Shown here piece after piece: positions 1-13,377 of a DNA stretch of 64,000 bases. The stretch lies in the NCBI RefSeq assembly GCF_006345805.1, contig NC_043007.1, positions 30,256,001 through 30,320,000 of the forward strand, given 5' to 3'. This DNA is from Octopus sinensis (taxonomy: Eukaryota). Made by a program: the position numbers and the translations under genes. Every line of letters begins with the position of its first letter. Position 1 is the stretch's first letter. Below the pieces are notes generated by a model that worked only from the letters and a program-made list of their open reading frames with translations, was not told the DNA's origin and did no database searches.

Positions 1-174
1 TTATAAAGTAATCAACGTTATAAGAGATTGTTGCATAATCTGTTTTATTTCTCTTCTCACAATGTGGACAAGGTGCTGAAGTCAGGCGCATTTTTGTATA
101 GTTTCCGTGAAATCGAACGAATACACGATTTGCCGAAAAGCTACGACCATGTTGCATAATGATTTATATGTTCA

Positions 175-1403
175 TAAACATGACAGAAGTAAATAGACAA
201 CCCCATCAAACATCGTTTTATGTTTATTTTAACTTGCGAAGGTTTATATATTTTATTAATTGAAATTGTTATGTTTCAGGTTCTATATGTGTCTGTTTGA
301 TATGTGACTGTTCCATATGTGACTGCCACGTACAAAAGAAACCGTGGAACTGTCTGAATTTCAAAGAGGCTGTGTTGTGGTTCATTCTGAAGGTGGACAT
401 ACCGTAAAATCGCAGTAAACATTGGGGTTCCGCTTTCTGCAGTTAATAGAATGATTGTGCATTTTACCAGAGATGGAAAGGAGTCCACATCACTTCGCCC
501 AGATCAACCAGGCCCTCTGACAGAGCCCTTCTCTTTGTTAAGAGAAGTGTGGAGGATAATCCTCGTTTCAAGACTTCTGACAGCAGAATAAGTTGATGTC
601 AGTCCCAGAACAGTTGTCAGGTATCTTCACAAATGAAGCCACTTCTTCGATCAGCCAACATCAAGCGGAGAAAGGATTGCGCTTGTGAGATGGTGGAGAA
701 GCCACTAGCATTTTGGAACGCTGTCATATTCTCTGATGAGTCCTGATTTGCTGTATTTCCTGACAGTGGTCGAGCCTGTATCTGGATACTCTGTGATCAA
801 GAATTTCATGTGAGAAGATTGCAACCAACAATGAAACACGGCAGTTATTTGTGATGGTCTGGCGAGCAATTTGGAGCAATGGTTTATCAGAACTGGTGGA
901 GTGTGAGGGAAGCATAAACTTAGATAAATATGTGTCCATATTTCAGAATGGACTCCTTCCAATCTACTCCAGTGATGAAATGATTTAGAAAGATTCCACA
1001 TTTATGGAAGATGGGGCCCCTTGTCACACGGCTAAAATGACCCAAGATTTGTTAGATGAGAATGGCATTAAAAAGATTCCATGGCCAAGCCAGTCACCAG
1101 ATGTGATCCGTATTGAACACCTCTGGGACATACTGGACAGACATCTCATTAAAAGAACAAGAAAGCATCTTCAAAGCCAGGTCTTTTGAGATTACTGCAT
1201 GAAACTTGGCAAGAAATTCCACAAGAGAATATTCGTCATCTGATGAGTAACATGCCTTGAATAGAAAAATGCAAAGAGAATGTCTACTAAATATTAGATA
1301 TAATAATATAATATAATAACTTATAAATAACCTGAATGTATAATTTCAGGTTTAAATAAATTTTAATGATTATAAGGGTGTCTATTTACTTCTGTCATAT
1401 CTG
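175..1403 (+). mobile_element. Decayed Tc1-like DNA transposon (DD34E) with both TIRs
   Basis: Exact 20-nt inverted repeat core ATGACAGAAGTAAATAGACA at 180-199 and 1379-1398; TA at 1404-1405. Transposase motifs FSDES (~728-742) and EDGAPCH...WPSQSPDVIRIEHLW (ORF 1004-1189), with 34 residues between D and E. Frameshifts and stops are present. Confidence 0.9.
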
Positions 1404-1443
1404 TATAAATATATGTGTGCGTGTGTGTGTGTCTATATGTATG

Positions 1444-1479
1444 TATGGCCGTAGTCACATGACTGAAACAAGTAAAACA
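1444..1479 (+). mobile_element. SINE family C 3' tail fragment
   Basis: tatggccgtagtcacatgactgaaacaagtaaaa matches the tail of the full copy at 26251-26674. Confidence 0.7.
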
Positions 1480-1481
1480 AT

Positions 1482-1530
<49 letters not shown>

Positions 1531-1619
1531 TAGATTTATTGCTTGAACAAAAAGTATTGACATTGTTACTGTGGTGTCCTGATGAAAGTACTGAGAATGT
1601 GGCCACTTGAACTCTTTCG

Positions 1620-2004
1620 CGCATGCACGCTAAGTTATAACGTTCTCGTTCACTTCTGTTGTTTGTAGCAGTCCTTGGCAGTAAAGGGTGTAGAGTGTGG
1701 TTGTCTCAAAAACAAGATCGGGTTTCAGCAGGACAGGATCTTCTTGATTGTGTCGAGGAAGAGGAAAACTCCTTGAAAATACTTATAACAGGTGTCGAAT
1801 TGTGGGTCTCTGAACGGAACATGCTTTTAAGCCATCGAGGAAATCCAAGACAATATGAAGAATATGCAGCGGCCGTTTGTCCCTAGAAAGGAGTTCCAGG
1901 AATGCTTCCATCAATGGAAACAATGCTGGATAATGTGTGTGACTTTAGAAGGGAACTGCTTCGACTTTAGAAGGGAACCAGCCCCGATACATTTGATCAG
2001 ACCG
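1620..2004 (+). mobile_element. Mariner internal-deletion derivative
   Basis: KQDRVSAGQDLLDCVEEEENSLKILITGVELWV resembles the mariner IITGDETWV region. It is joined to C-terminal VPRKEFQECFHQWKQCWIMCVTLEGNCF. A mariner-type right TIR (gatacatttgatcagaccg, then TA at 2005-2006) closes it. Confidence 0.7.
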
Positions 2005-2144
2005 TATTATATGTTTGTGTGTACGTATCGAGGCATTTATGAATGGACATAAACATACATTTAGAAAACTCATAAACATGAATCCAAGCCAGAAAAATGT
2101 GAACAGAACTGTCAAGTCGAACAATTTTCCGACACAGAAACATC

Positions 2145-3260
2145 GAGATTTCACGTCTTGACGTAACCGCTTCAACATACTGACAAATAGTGATAAGCAA
2201 CCGACTATTCCAAGGATTGTCCACAGTGGAAGGCTGTTAACTCTATTCTCCGTTAAATCAACAAATACTTGATATAAAGACACCTGCTGTTCAATGCATT
2301 TCTCTTGTGTCTGTTTAACAAAGAATGTAACGTCGATTGTTTTTCTACCTGGTCTAAAGTCACATTGTGATTCAGGGATGACAGCAGGACACATACTCTA
2401 TCATTCTGGTCAACAAAAGCCGACCGACTTCAAGTGTGTAATGCTACGGTAGTACTCACAGATTCTTTTACCCCTAAACAAAGACACTAGAATGCCATCA
2501 ACCCAATCTCTTGGTGTAGTGGTGCCAACTCAGTTCTTGGCGGTGTGTTACCATTTCGCTTCCAGCCTTCAGCAGTTTGATGAGAAGATCCTCTTGGCCT
2601 GGTGCTCTACCGATTTTTATTTGTTTGAGAGCCAATGTTCACCTCGCCATAAGTTTGTAATCGATTCATTATGAATTTTATATTCCATTGACGAAAACTC
2701 TGTATCACATAATAATTGATGTCCGATGGCTTGTCGAATAAATTAGTGAAATGTTCTTGCCAGAACTGCAGGATTTGTGCTAGTTCTTTAATGACTGTAG
2801 AGAAATTGCAGTAATTGATCATTTCAAGTAGATCATAAAAACAGCTTCGAATTCTTTGCACCGTAGGCTCTTTGAATTTCTGAAGAAACCTTCAATCCAC
2901 ACTCATTCTTAGTTCTTTTGAGTTTCCATCGTAATGTTGCCTTGTTTTCCTTCAAATTCTTATGAGTTCTCTCCGCAACAGGCTGCAATGACTGCACCGA
3001 AGGGTACTGGTTCAAAATCCTTCCGTGAAGAACGTATTTCATTTTCAGCAGTTGGCCAATTGTAGGGTCGTTGTCATGAAACCAGTCCTTATGTCCCTTC
3101 ATCCTAAAACCAAGTACGTTGACCCCTACTGCGTTTCCTTGTTTATTCTTAAAACCAAACACACTCGCGTAAATACAAAAACATGAGAGAATGTGCGCAA
3201 TATTTATAGTTAAACCGTGGCTCTGTCGTGAGTCACCTCCACCGTGGGGGAATAACGCCA
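2145..3260 (-). mobile_element. RTE-clade (BovB-like) LINE remnant, pre-RT region and RT start
   Basis: Minus-strand frames give HKDWFHDNDPTIGQLL, ILQFWQEHFTNLFDKPS and IPESQCDFRPGRKTIDVTFFVKQTQEKCIEQQVSLYQVFVDLT, typical of RTE ORF2. Multiple frameshifts. Confidence 0.85.
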
Positions 3261-3935
3261 TCTTTTCAATCCAATAATGTTGCATATTGTAGTTACACGT
3301 CTCTGACGATATGACATTAAAATTTGATTATGCAATTTACTTTATGTAAATTATTTTCCCCCTTATGTTAATGAAACGTACGTAAGATGATGCAACTGAA
3401 TATCTCATAAACAATCTCTCATGCTTTGTTTTCTCTTCTCATATTCTGTGTAAAATTCCAAATCCGAATTTAATAACCAAAGAAACAATTAGAATTTATG
3501 AAAAGAAATACACATCGTCTTTTTAATACTAGTTGTACTGTGTATATAAGTAGGGGTGGCGGTGTGTGTGTCTCTCTGTGTTTTCTATCGTTTAAGTTCG
3601 AGAGAGCTGCAACCATGCTGGAGCACCGCCGGTAGCTTTGTCACAGCTGCACTACTTGAAACCTCCTCTGACAGGTGACATTTCATGAATAAGTGAGTTT
3701 CATGCTGCTGCTTTCACTTGCATTTCTTGCTGCCGTGAGACAGGCTCATGCGCAACTGCTCGTCTGCCTAAGATATATATATATATATATGTATGTATAT
3801 ATTGCATTCTGACTCTGCGTAATTGTCTGGTTATACACAGAACGCTCGCTATACAAGCTTGCCTGACCATTGTTTATTCTGAAGTATGAATTTTATAACA
3901 GCACGCATTTAGTCCTGTGTATATTAAATATTTCT

Positions 3936-3971
<36 letters not shown>

Positions 3972-4105
3972 CTCTCTGTAGATGGAGTATTTTTATTGAT
4001 CCTACCTTTTACGTAACACTTCTCTCTCTCACTCTCTCTCACTCCCTCTCTCTCTCTCTCTTTCTCTTTCTCTATATATACACACATACATATTCATATA
4101 TATAT

Positions 4106-4148
<43 letters not shown>

Positions 4149-5478
4149 ACAGGGAGAGGAAATATATTTTATACATATAATGTACATAATGTGTATGTGT
4201 ATGCGTTATGTATGTATGTAACCGCAAGCGCTTATGTATATGTGTATAGATAAAGAGAGTGCGCAAGAATAGGTTCCCATTTTGTCTTCGTAGAAGTTCA
4301 CAAGTAAAAAAAAAATTGAACGTTAAAAACAGAATAGTGTATAATTAAGTTTATTCATGTTCTTACAACATGACCCCCCACTGTTTCAGCTGAGAATTTA
4401 TTCCCTAAAGTTTTTTGTAAAACGAAATTAAAAATATAGTCTAAAAATACAAAACTTGTCAATACGGTTCATATCAAAATAGTAATCACCACTTGGATAT
4501 AAAGCTGAGAGAAATAGGCCCAAATGAATCGTCGCACTCTACAAAGATTCTACAAGCACTGTCGAATTCCTAGAATTGAAAAATGAGCAAAATTTTAATG
4601 ATTGTATCCTCAAACAAAATCACAAGTGAAGTGACGCTCTCCTTTTATGCAGACTAACCTTGTTCAATACTGACATTGAAAGAGGTAAGAAAGTAAAATT
4701 CTGGACACCTATTACATATATGCCGTCTGTAAATCAACACTTATTCATGTTTCACTACTCACCATTATACCATTCATGAAATAAAAAAAAAACAGAAAAT
4801 ATTTTATGGGATTTACAACAGAAATCTCCCACACCTCTCTTCATAATTTACATCGGCACCAGTAAAGCTTTTCCCTTCATTCCTATGCTATCCGCTCTTA
4901 CTAAATATACTCACTTTAAGAAACATTTTGACTAGCAAAGTCATCAAGTCTGTGTAGTGTGTGCACCAGCAACATTGCCAGAACCTGTAATTTCTCCAAT
5001 AAACTATCACAAAGAATTGCTTTTCCCGCTCATTGTTTACAGCATAGAGCTAGACGGTCTCTCCACACATCAGCAAAACGTATACAGACACTTCTGCAGA
5101 TGACATCGTGTCACGTCCGCCGACTGTTGTTGCATAAATACTTCCGTTCTACTTAAATTATTTGGAGACATTGCTTAACAGTAATTGACTTTTAGTAACC
5201 ATAAATTCAGTGTGTTCTTTCGTATGGACACTAACAGGGAACATCAATTACAACCAACCAACACAGCCGACAACAACATGAGCATGCGCAAAGCTGAGGA
5301 GATACCAGGAGTTAAATACGACTCCACGTCCTTCACAACAAATATGGAAGATCTTGAAAACAGATCAAAACAATTCAACAACACAAAGGAACAACAGAGT
5401 TAAGATGTACAAAACAATGCATTTGATCCATCATGGACTATGCTAGTCCTGTTGAGGTCCCAATATCTCAACAAGAGA

Positions 5479-5544
<66 letters not shown>

Positions 5545-6030
5545 CAACACACACACTAAGAAATACGAAACAGAATACTTCACGATATAACAGAATGTAT
5601 ACAGATCAGATCCAAAGACGGCCTTCACAAATAAAAACACTAAAATTGTTAAAAAAAATCCTCTGGAAATGTGAGGAACTCGGTTACCGCAGCAAAATTC
5701 GACTTGTACAGTTCTTGTCACTTCATGAAAAACTATTTACAAACACCCAGACACATACGCAGCACAACAGAGCAGGATGTTGTATGTGTGTCTCTCTCAT
5801 CCATCTGGAAGAAGCGTAACTCATACACACACACACACACAAAAGCTTCTCTGATCCTCCTATCCTGTTCTCGGACGCAAATCATAAACAATAAGTGCTA
5901 AGGAACAACAGGTATCGCATTCCGACCGAGTCAGCCTCATCCATGGCCGCTGTGGCTACCTTTAGTACAGAGATGAACTGAACTGTAGAGAGAGGGGACA
6001 ACTGGTGCAGACACAAGGTTCACCATTATA

Positions 6031-6255
6031 TATTCTCTTCTACTCTAGGTACAAGGCCCGAAATTTTTAGGTAGGGGACCAGTCGATTAGATCGATTAGA
6101 TCGACCACAGTACGTAACTGGTACTTACTTTATTGGCCCCGAAAGGATGAAAGGCAAAGTTGACCTCGGCGGAATTTGAACTCAGAGTGTAGCGGCAGAC
6201 GAAATACCGCTCAGCTTTTCGCCCGGCGTGCTAACGATTCTGCCAGCTCGCCGCT
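6031..6255 (-). mobile_element. tRNA-derived SINE family A
   Basis: Minus strand starts gcggcgagctggcagaatcgttagc, has B-box-like GAGTTCAAATTCC and the central ctttcatcctttcgggg...agtaccagt block shared with 14497-14940, 21485-21714, 32795-33008 and 52922-53128. Confidence 0.85.
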
Positions 6256-6289
6256 TTCATTCCCCAGAATATATCGGATCATGTAACAC

Positions 6290-6422
6290 ATGGGTTGTAC
6301 AGAAAGAGAATGGCTCGAGGAGAGAATACAATATGTCTAAATCGTCTTGTGTCCCCTATACGATTCCACACTACTTGTCTGGGTGAGCAATATCTGAGGG
6401 ACCCCAAGCACAGACTGGACAG

Positions 6423-6482
<60 letters not shown>

Positions 6483-6560
6483 AATATGTCCAGAGTGTCA
6501 TGTTGCACAGCATACGATTCCTCAGTGCAGGTGAGAAAAGCACAATGTGGTCCTCACATG
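6290..6560 (+). mobile_element. Possible 3' remnant of an I/Jockey-group LINE, split by (GA)n
   Basis: RGENTICLNRL...RPICPECHVAQHTIPQC loosely resembles the C-terminal RLRIGHT...CP.C...HIL..C zinc-knuckle region. Highly degenerate. Confidence 0.3.
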
Positions 6561-6804
6561 GGAACACGGTATAAATACGAAGAGGGATCTGTAAGGTCGC
6601 GCCTAGTCGTGTGCCATACGACTATTGGATTAGGGCTGACCAGGGATTACTCAAGAACAACAACATATAGATTCAATTACACCATCTGTTTGACAGACAG
6701 GATGGTCATGGCTGGAACACTTTTGATAATAGATCTCGTGGGCCGTGGTTGAGTTCTTTTTAAACAATAACAGCAGCAGCAATCACAAGAACAGCAATAA
6801 TAAA

Positions 6805-6811
6805 ACTACTA

Positions 6812-6860
<49 letters not shown>
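6805..6860. repeat. Compound trinucleotide microsatellite (ACT)n(GCT)n
   Basis: Direct reading; the same architecture recurs at ~51515-51567. Confidence 0.9.
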
Positions 6861-7689
6861 GATGGCGACGACGACTATTACTACTATTACAATTCAATGA
6901 GGGAGATTTTGTGGTCTCTTAACTTGCTAGAAATAGCAGTCAGGCGTCACTTAATTTGCAACTTATTGTCTTAATAATAGAAGGATTGACCTGAGAGTGG
7001 GTGGAGGAGGGTGAAATACAGTAACACTTGCAACAACAACAACAATACGTAAATAGCTTAGTGAGGGAGAAAGAGAGAAAGAGAGTAAGAGATAAGAGTT
7101 AACAGAAAGAAAGAGTAAGAGAGGGAGAGAGAGTGAAAGAGAGACAGGGAAAGAAATGGAGAGAGAGAGAGTATGTTATGAGAGAAAGAGAGAAAAATGT
7201 AGATATGCGGAGGCGAAACTGTGTATGTGTGTGTGTGTGTGTGTCTATGTGTGTGTGTGTAAATGTTTAAATTGTTTGAAATGGGAGTCTGTGTGAGCGT
7301 GTGTATGGCTGTGAATATATCGTACATGTATGCGTATGCAAATATGTGTGTGCGTGTGTTTGGTGCACGCTGCCTCAAAACAAACCGAATACTACTTATT
7401 AAAACCGACATCACTATCACATGCACACACCAACTCTGCTCTCTCTCTCTCTCTCTCTCTCTCCCGCCTTCTCTCTCTCTCTCTCTCTTCCGCCTTCTCT
7501 CTCTCTCCCTCTGTTCACCACGATCAGTTCTCTCTCTCTAATTATATATATATATATAATTATTAAAATTATAAATTAGGGTATCTACGAGATACCACCA
7601 TGCTGAAAATAGCAGCCAAGATCTGACTTTAAAACCACTTTAATTGTCCATATATCAACACGGAGAGAAACGAAGAGACAAGATGAAAC

Positions 7690-7894
7690 TAGTAAAACAT
7701 TACTGGTTGCGTGCGTGTGTGTATACACACAACACACACACACACACACATATATATATACACATACACACACACACACACATATATATATATACACAAC
7801 AACACACACACACATATATACACATACACACACACACACACATATATATACACACAACACACACACATATATATACACACACATACACACACAT

Positions 7895-7925
<31 letters not shown>

Positions 7926-7941
7926 CACTTACACACACACA

Positions 7942-7973
<32 letters not shown>

Positions 7974-8023
7974 TATCATATACACGCACACACACAATAA
8001 TATATATATATACACGCACACAA

Positions 8024-8064
<41 letters not shown>

Positions 8065-8165
8065 ACACACATATATATATTACACAATACACACACCACA
8101 CACACACATATACATTACATTACACACACACACACACACACACACATACACACACACACACACAT

Positions 8166-8198
<33 letters not shown>

Positions 8199-8598
8199 CA
8201 TACATACATACACGCGCACACACACACACACATGTACATGTGTGTGTGTGTATAAGACTCATTCATTTCCATTCTTACATACAATCTCCGTCTACCTCTC
8301 TCTATCCCTCTTCTATCTCGGCCAACCTCTACAACACACCCTCTCCCCTCTCTCTCTCTCTCTCGTTCAAACTCTCTATCGCTTCTCCTTTTACACTCAC
8401 ACTCTCCCTCACACCATCGACATCTACCAGTCTCCTCCTCCTCCTCTTCCACCCCCACCCCACTCTTCTATCATCACCCATACCGACCATCTTAACCGGT
8501 ATCTTTCAGTTGGTGAGTTCCACATGCCTGCCTCAAAATATAACAAGCAAAACAACTCAATAACAACAGGTGAGTCTTTCTCTCTCTCTCCCTCTCTT

Positions 8599-8632
<34 letters not shown>

Positions 8633-8712
8633 AATGTATAACTTATTATATACACCAGACTTATGTATGTATAATTGTTCTAATAAATGCACATACTTGC
8701 ATATACATGCAT

Positions 8713-8753
<41 letters not shown>

Positions 8754-8770
8754 GTACACACATACATAGA

Positions 8771-8829
<59 letters not shown>

Positions 8830-8998
8830 ATATACATGCATACACAATATAGAAATATAACTACACAATACACACACATGCGTGCACGCAGATATTGAAA
8901 TGTGTGTTGGTATGTATACATACATAAACACACCTATAATATATGTATATATATATGCATATATATATATATATATAATATATATATATATATGCGTG

Positions 8999-9039
<41 letters not shown>

Positions 9040-9671
9040 TGTATATATATATATATATATGCATGTATATATATATATATATGCATGTATATATATATAT
9101 GCATGTATATATATATGCATGTATATATATATATATTCATGTATATATATATATGTATATATATGCATGTATATATATATATGTATACATACACGTGCAT
9201 ATGCATGAAAATAAGCATATACCAGTACACACACACACTCACACATACGTGCATACACTCATGTTTACATACTTATATACATACATAGATATACATCCCA
9301 ACATACGTACGTATGCACATTCATTCATTCACTCCTACATACACAAATACAAACATGCACAGAGGCATACACTTACACACACATACATACATATAAACAA
9401 GCGAACCTATACATACTGTAGTATACATATATTCATACACACATACATAAACACATACATGCATGGATAAACACATACGAAAATTCATACACATGTATGT
9501 ATATATATATCGATACACACTCGTATAGTTTTTCTTGTACTTTTATTGATATAAAGCATTTAGCAGTGGCCAAGCTGGAGTATTGCATATGGTTATACTT
9601 TTACGGCCATACACACATAAAATATTCTTGTGCATGTGTGAATAGGTGTGCAAGTATGTGTGAATGTATGA

Positions 9672-9727
<56 letters not shown>

Positions 9728-9953
9728 TGGTAAGCATAAATTAATAGAAATGTATATTTTTTATCTTGTATCCCTATATATTCACAAACTATGAATGTAT
9801 ATCTACGGGTATGTATATAAACATGCATAAATTCGCACACACACACATACAAACACATACAAACACACACCATATAGAAGCATACACATACACACGCGCG
9901 CACACATACCATATATATATATTTATATTTGCAAGCTTAGTCATATATATATC

Positions 9954-9986
<33 letters not shown>

Positions 9987-10271
9987 GTATGTATATATGT
10001 ATATATATATGTATGTATATGTGTATATATATATATATGTATGTATATATGTATGTATATATGTATATATATATATGTATGTATATATGTATATATATAT
10101 ATGTATGTATATATGTATATATATATATATGTATGTATATATGTATATATATGTATATATGTATGTATATATATGTATATATGTATGTATATATATATAT
10201 GTACATGTATATGTATGTATATATATATATATGTATGTACATGTATATGTATATATATATGTATGTACATG

Positions 10272-10304
<33 letters not shown>

Positions 10305-10530
10305 GTATGTACATGTATATATATTTATATATATATGTATGTACATGTATATATATATATATATCTATGTACATGTATATGTATATATATGTATATATAT
10401 GTATGTACATGTATGTATATATATGTATATATATGTATGTATATGTATGTATATATATGCATGTATATGTATGTAAATGTATGTTTATATATATATGCAT
10501 ATGTATGTATGTGAGTCAAACATATTAAAT
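7690..10530. repeat. Large compound (AC)/(AT)/(ATGT) microsatellite field with short unique interruptions
   Basis: Direct reading; it accounts for all the HT/YI-rich ORFs in this interval. Confidence 0.95.
8510..8569 (+). other. Candidate 60-nt internal exon (phase 1-1)
   Basis: Long pyrimidine-rich upstream tract, CTTAAC branch-like motif at 8491-8496, acceptor tctttcAG, donor CAG|GTGAGT. Open frame (V)GEFHMPASKYNKQNNSITT. No recognisable homology. Confidence 0.3.
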
Positions 10531-11529
10531 ATATGTGACGCCTACCAGAGATGCTGAGCGCCACTTTCGTTCGCTTGTTCACTCACTCGTGTTTACATAT
10601 ATATATATATATATATATACACTCACACAAATATATACATATATGCATATATGTTCACACATGTATATAATTATATATATGTGCATATATATATATATGT
10701 CATATTTCTATAGATGTGAATATATATATGTGTTATATGAACATACAGGCATATATGTATGCATCCATAATTACATATATAACGTATTTATAATATTATA
10801 TATATAATATATATATATTATTATATATATATATATATATAATATATATATATATATTATATTATATATATATACGTACATACACATATGTTTTATAATG
10901 TCTGTATATATAGTGCATATAACGTGGCATGCTGTTATTCCATAAGTGCACGAATCCTTCAGGTGCAAAGTTTTGCGACGGTCTATTTTTGAGAACACTC
11001 GAACGTCCGCCACCAACTTTCAAAGTGGTTAAAGTTGTCTGGGCGATCAGCAGTGACCATGCAGCCACTCTTTGGTTATTGAAATCCACGCTTGCAGACT
11101 AATCGATGGGAATGGCAAGGACGGACACAGTTTGGTAATATTGTCGCAAAAAACTAGCAGAACAATGTTAAAGTTTAACGCCCGACTCCCTAAGGGAGTC
11201 TAGCTTCTGATTTGTTATTGATTAAATCGATACCAATACGTGACTGGTACTTATAAATATTTCTTTTCACGAATGTAGAGGAACAAAAGGCAAATTTAAT
11301 TCCCACCACCATTTGAACGTAAATCGTAATATTGGAACAAAGCGTCCGATGCCCGAAACGTTGTTGCATCGGTCGCCCATACTCGCAGAGTTACATAAAC
11401 ACATAAACAGAAGTAACTTACATCCATACACTAATGCATGGATACATTTCTATGAACATACATCACGATTTGCTCACATTATGGAAATATAATTTCTTTA
11501 TGCATGTCAATCCATTTGTCGGTGTCTGT

Positions 11530-11530
11530 T

Positions 11531-11619
<89 letters not shown>

Positions 11620-11636
11620 GTCTGTCTGTCTCTCTG

Positions 11637-11729
<93 letters not shown>

Positions 11730-11738
11730 ATATATATA

Positions 11739-11789
<51 letters not shown>

Positions 11790-11852
11790 TTATGTGTTCG
11801 TCTATCTATCTGTCTGTCTGTCTGTCTCTCTGTCTATCTATCTATCCATCTT

Positions 11853-11894
<42 letters not shown>

Positions 11895-11895
11895 G
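11530..11895. repeat. (TATC)n/(TGTC)n tetranucleotide array
   Basis: Direct reading; similar arrays at ~15415-15490, 20370-20540, 31790-31930, 43020-43450, 55735-55920 and 62847-63000. Confidence 0.95.
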
Positions 11896-12639
11896 ATAGA
11901 TAGATACACACACACACACACACACACACGCACATGTATGTGAGTATGTGTGTGTGTACATACATACATACATATATACAGACATACATACATTCTCGGT
12001 CACACACATGCACGCTCACAAACGCACACATTATCAACTATTACTACAGTAGTTTCTCAAGAATCTCGACTGTGGAGCCAAGTTTGTTTGCAAAACACTT
12101 TGGGAGAAAGTTCTTAGTTTTGTGTCAATTCCGAAGCTAATTTTCCCCAGAAAAGTTTTTATATACTCTATTCTATGTAATGAGTTCTTTTTATTGTATT
12201 TGTAAAACTAAACGTAAATATGTGCCACTGTTGATGAGGTGAGTGCGCTAGAAAGAGGGAGAGAGAGGGAGAGGGAGAGAGAGTATATGAATGTGTGAAT
12301 GTTTGAGTGTGTGTGCGTGTGTGCCTATGAAGATAAAGATATATTCTTAAACTCTTAAGTGTGTGTGGGTGTATGTTTTATATAAAGTTGTATTTTTAGC
12401 CATGATTACGAAATCTCTCATTAAACTATAATCGTGCCATATGTGGTCTACATCTCCTTCCTTCTGTCCAGCCACACATACGTACGTACAAACAAACGCA
12501 TATATACAACTGTATTTACATATGTGTATGTATGTAATATAATTATATATATATATATATAAATGCATATACATACCTCTACATATGGGTGTATGAACCA
12601 AAGTAATGCAAATTATTGTAAATTGTTAACATCTTCTCT

Positions 12640-12925
12640 GCCTTCGTTAATTAGTTGAGTTTCCGAAGTCGTGGAGAGCCAGCAGCATCGTCTGAGCTCA
12701 TTCACCCGGCAAAGTTTATCCTTGATAAGATAAATGGAAGGGAGAGGTGACTGCATCATCACCACCCGGCGGTCTGAGCTCATTGCAGTTGGTTAAACTT
12801 GATCTACCTCGGTTGAACTGTCTTGGTTAACGATACAATCAGCCCGCCGGACCAGAGATCAAATCCATGAACTTAACATCGTGACTTTAATAGCCCCAAT
12901 CAGAAGGCCATGCTCAGTCAGATAT
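12640..12925. repeat. Unclassified interspersed repeat
   Basis: gcagttggttaaacttgatctacctcggttg (~12785-12815) is similar to gcaagttggaacttgatctaccccggctg (~42121-42149). Confidence 0.45.
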
Positions 12926-12943
12926 ACACACACATACAGCATC

Positions 12944-12980
<37 letters not shown>

Positions 12981-13024
12981 ATTTATATATATAATGATCT
13001 ATGCGCGTGTGTGTGTGTGTGTGT

Positions 13025-13340
13025 GGAGGCGCAATGGCCCAGTGGTTAGGGCAGCGGACTGGCGGTTGTAGGATCGCGGTTTCGATTCCCAGACCGGGCG
13101 CTGTGAGTGTTTATTGAGCGAAAACACCTAAATCTCCACGCGGCTCCGGCAGAGGGTGGGGGTGGGGTGGCGATCCTTGCTGTACTCTTTCGCCACAACT
13201 TTCTCTCACTCTTTCTCCTGTTAGCCTGCTCGCTTAGCCAGCGGGGTGGCGTGATTTGAAAGCTAAAACAATGCGAAGCGCATTGTGACCAGCGATGTGT
13301 AGCAACATCTGATAGCCTGGTCGGTTACGGTGATCACGGT
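13025..13340 (+). mobile_element. tRNA-derived SINE family B, full length
   Basis: A-box TGGCCCAGTGG and B-box-like GGTTTCGATTCCC. The tail is the reverse complement of 30271-30389. Flanked by (TG)n and (TA)n. Confidence 0.85.
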
Positions 13341-13343
13341 AAT

Positions 13344-13377
<34 letters not shown>

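Noticed and set aside
1579-1612. CTGATGA-AAGT...ACTT-GAAC hammerhead-like string
   Set aside because: GAAA is incomplete, and no helix III, cleavage triplet or helix I partner follows. At most a truncated relic.
3703-3780. Signal-peptide-like frame MLLLSLAFLAAVRQAHAQ
   Set aside because: It runs straight into a (TA)n tract without a convincing donor, lies next to a SINE fragment, and short hydrophobic frames are common by chance.
5449-5480. CTGTTGA-GGTC...GACC hammerhead-like start
   Set aside because: It runs into (AC)n with no adjacent GAAAC or cleavage site.
7585-10582. Long ORFs (up to 352 aa) in the ORF track here and at 22157-22731, 35058-36158, 42825-43532 and similar places
   Set aside because: They are translations of (AT)/(AC)/(TATC) microsatellites that lack stop codons; there is no protein-like complexity.
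10940-11180. Possible mariner C-terminal relic on the minus strand
   Set aside because: Only RIRALME-like similarity; no TIR or catalytic motif is readable.
13025-13100. Functional tRNA genes at SINE heads (also 26764, 39752, 57461)
   Set aside because: A and B boxes are present, but no complete cloverleaf or acceptor stem, and each continues into a SINE body.
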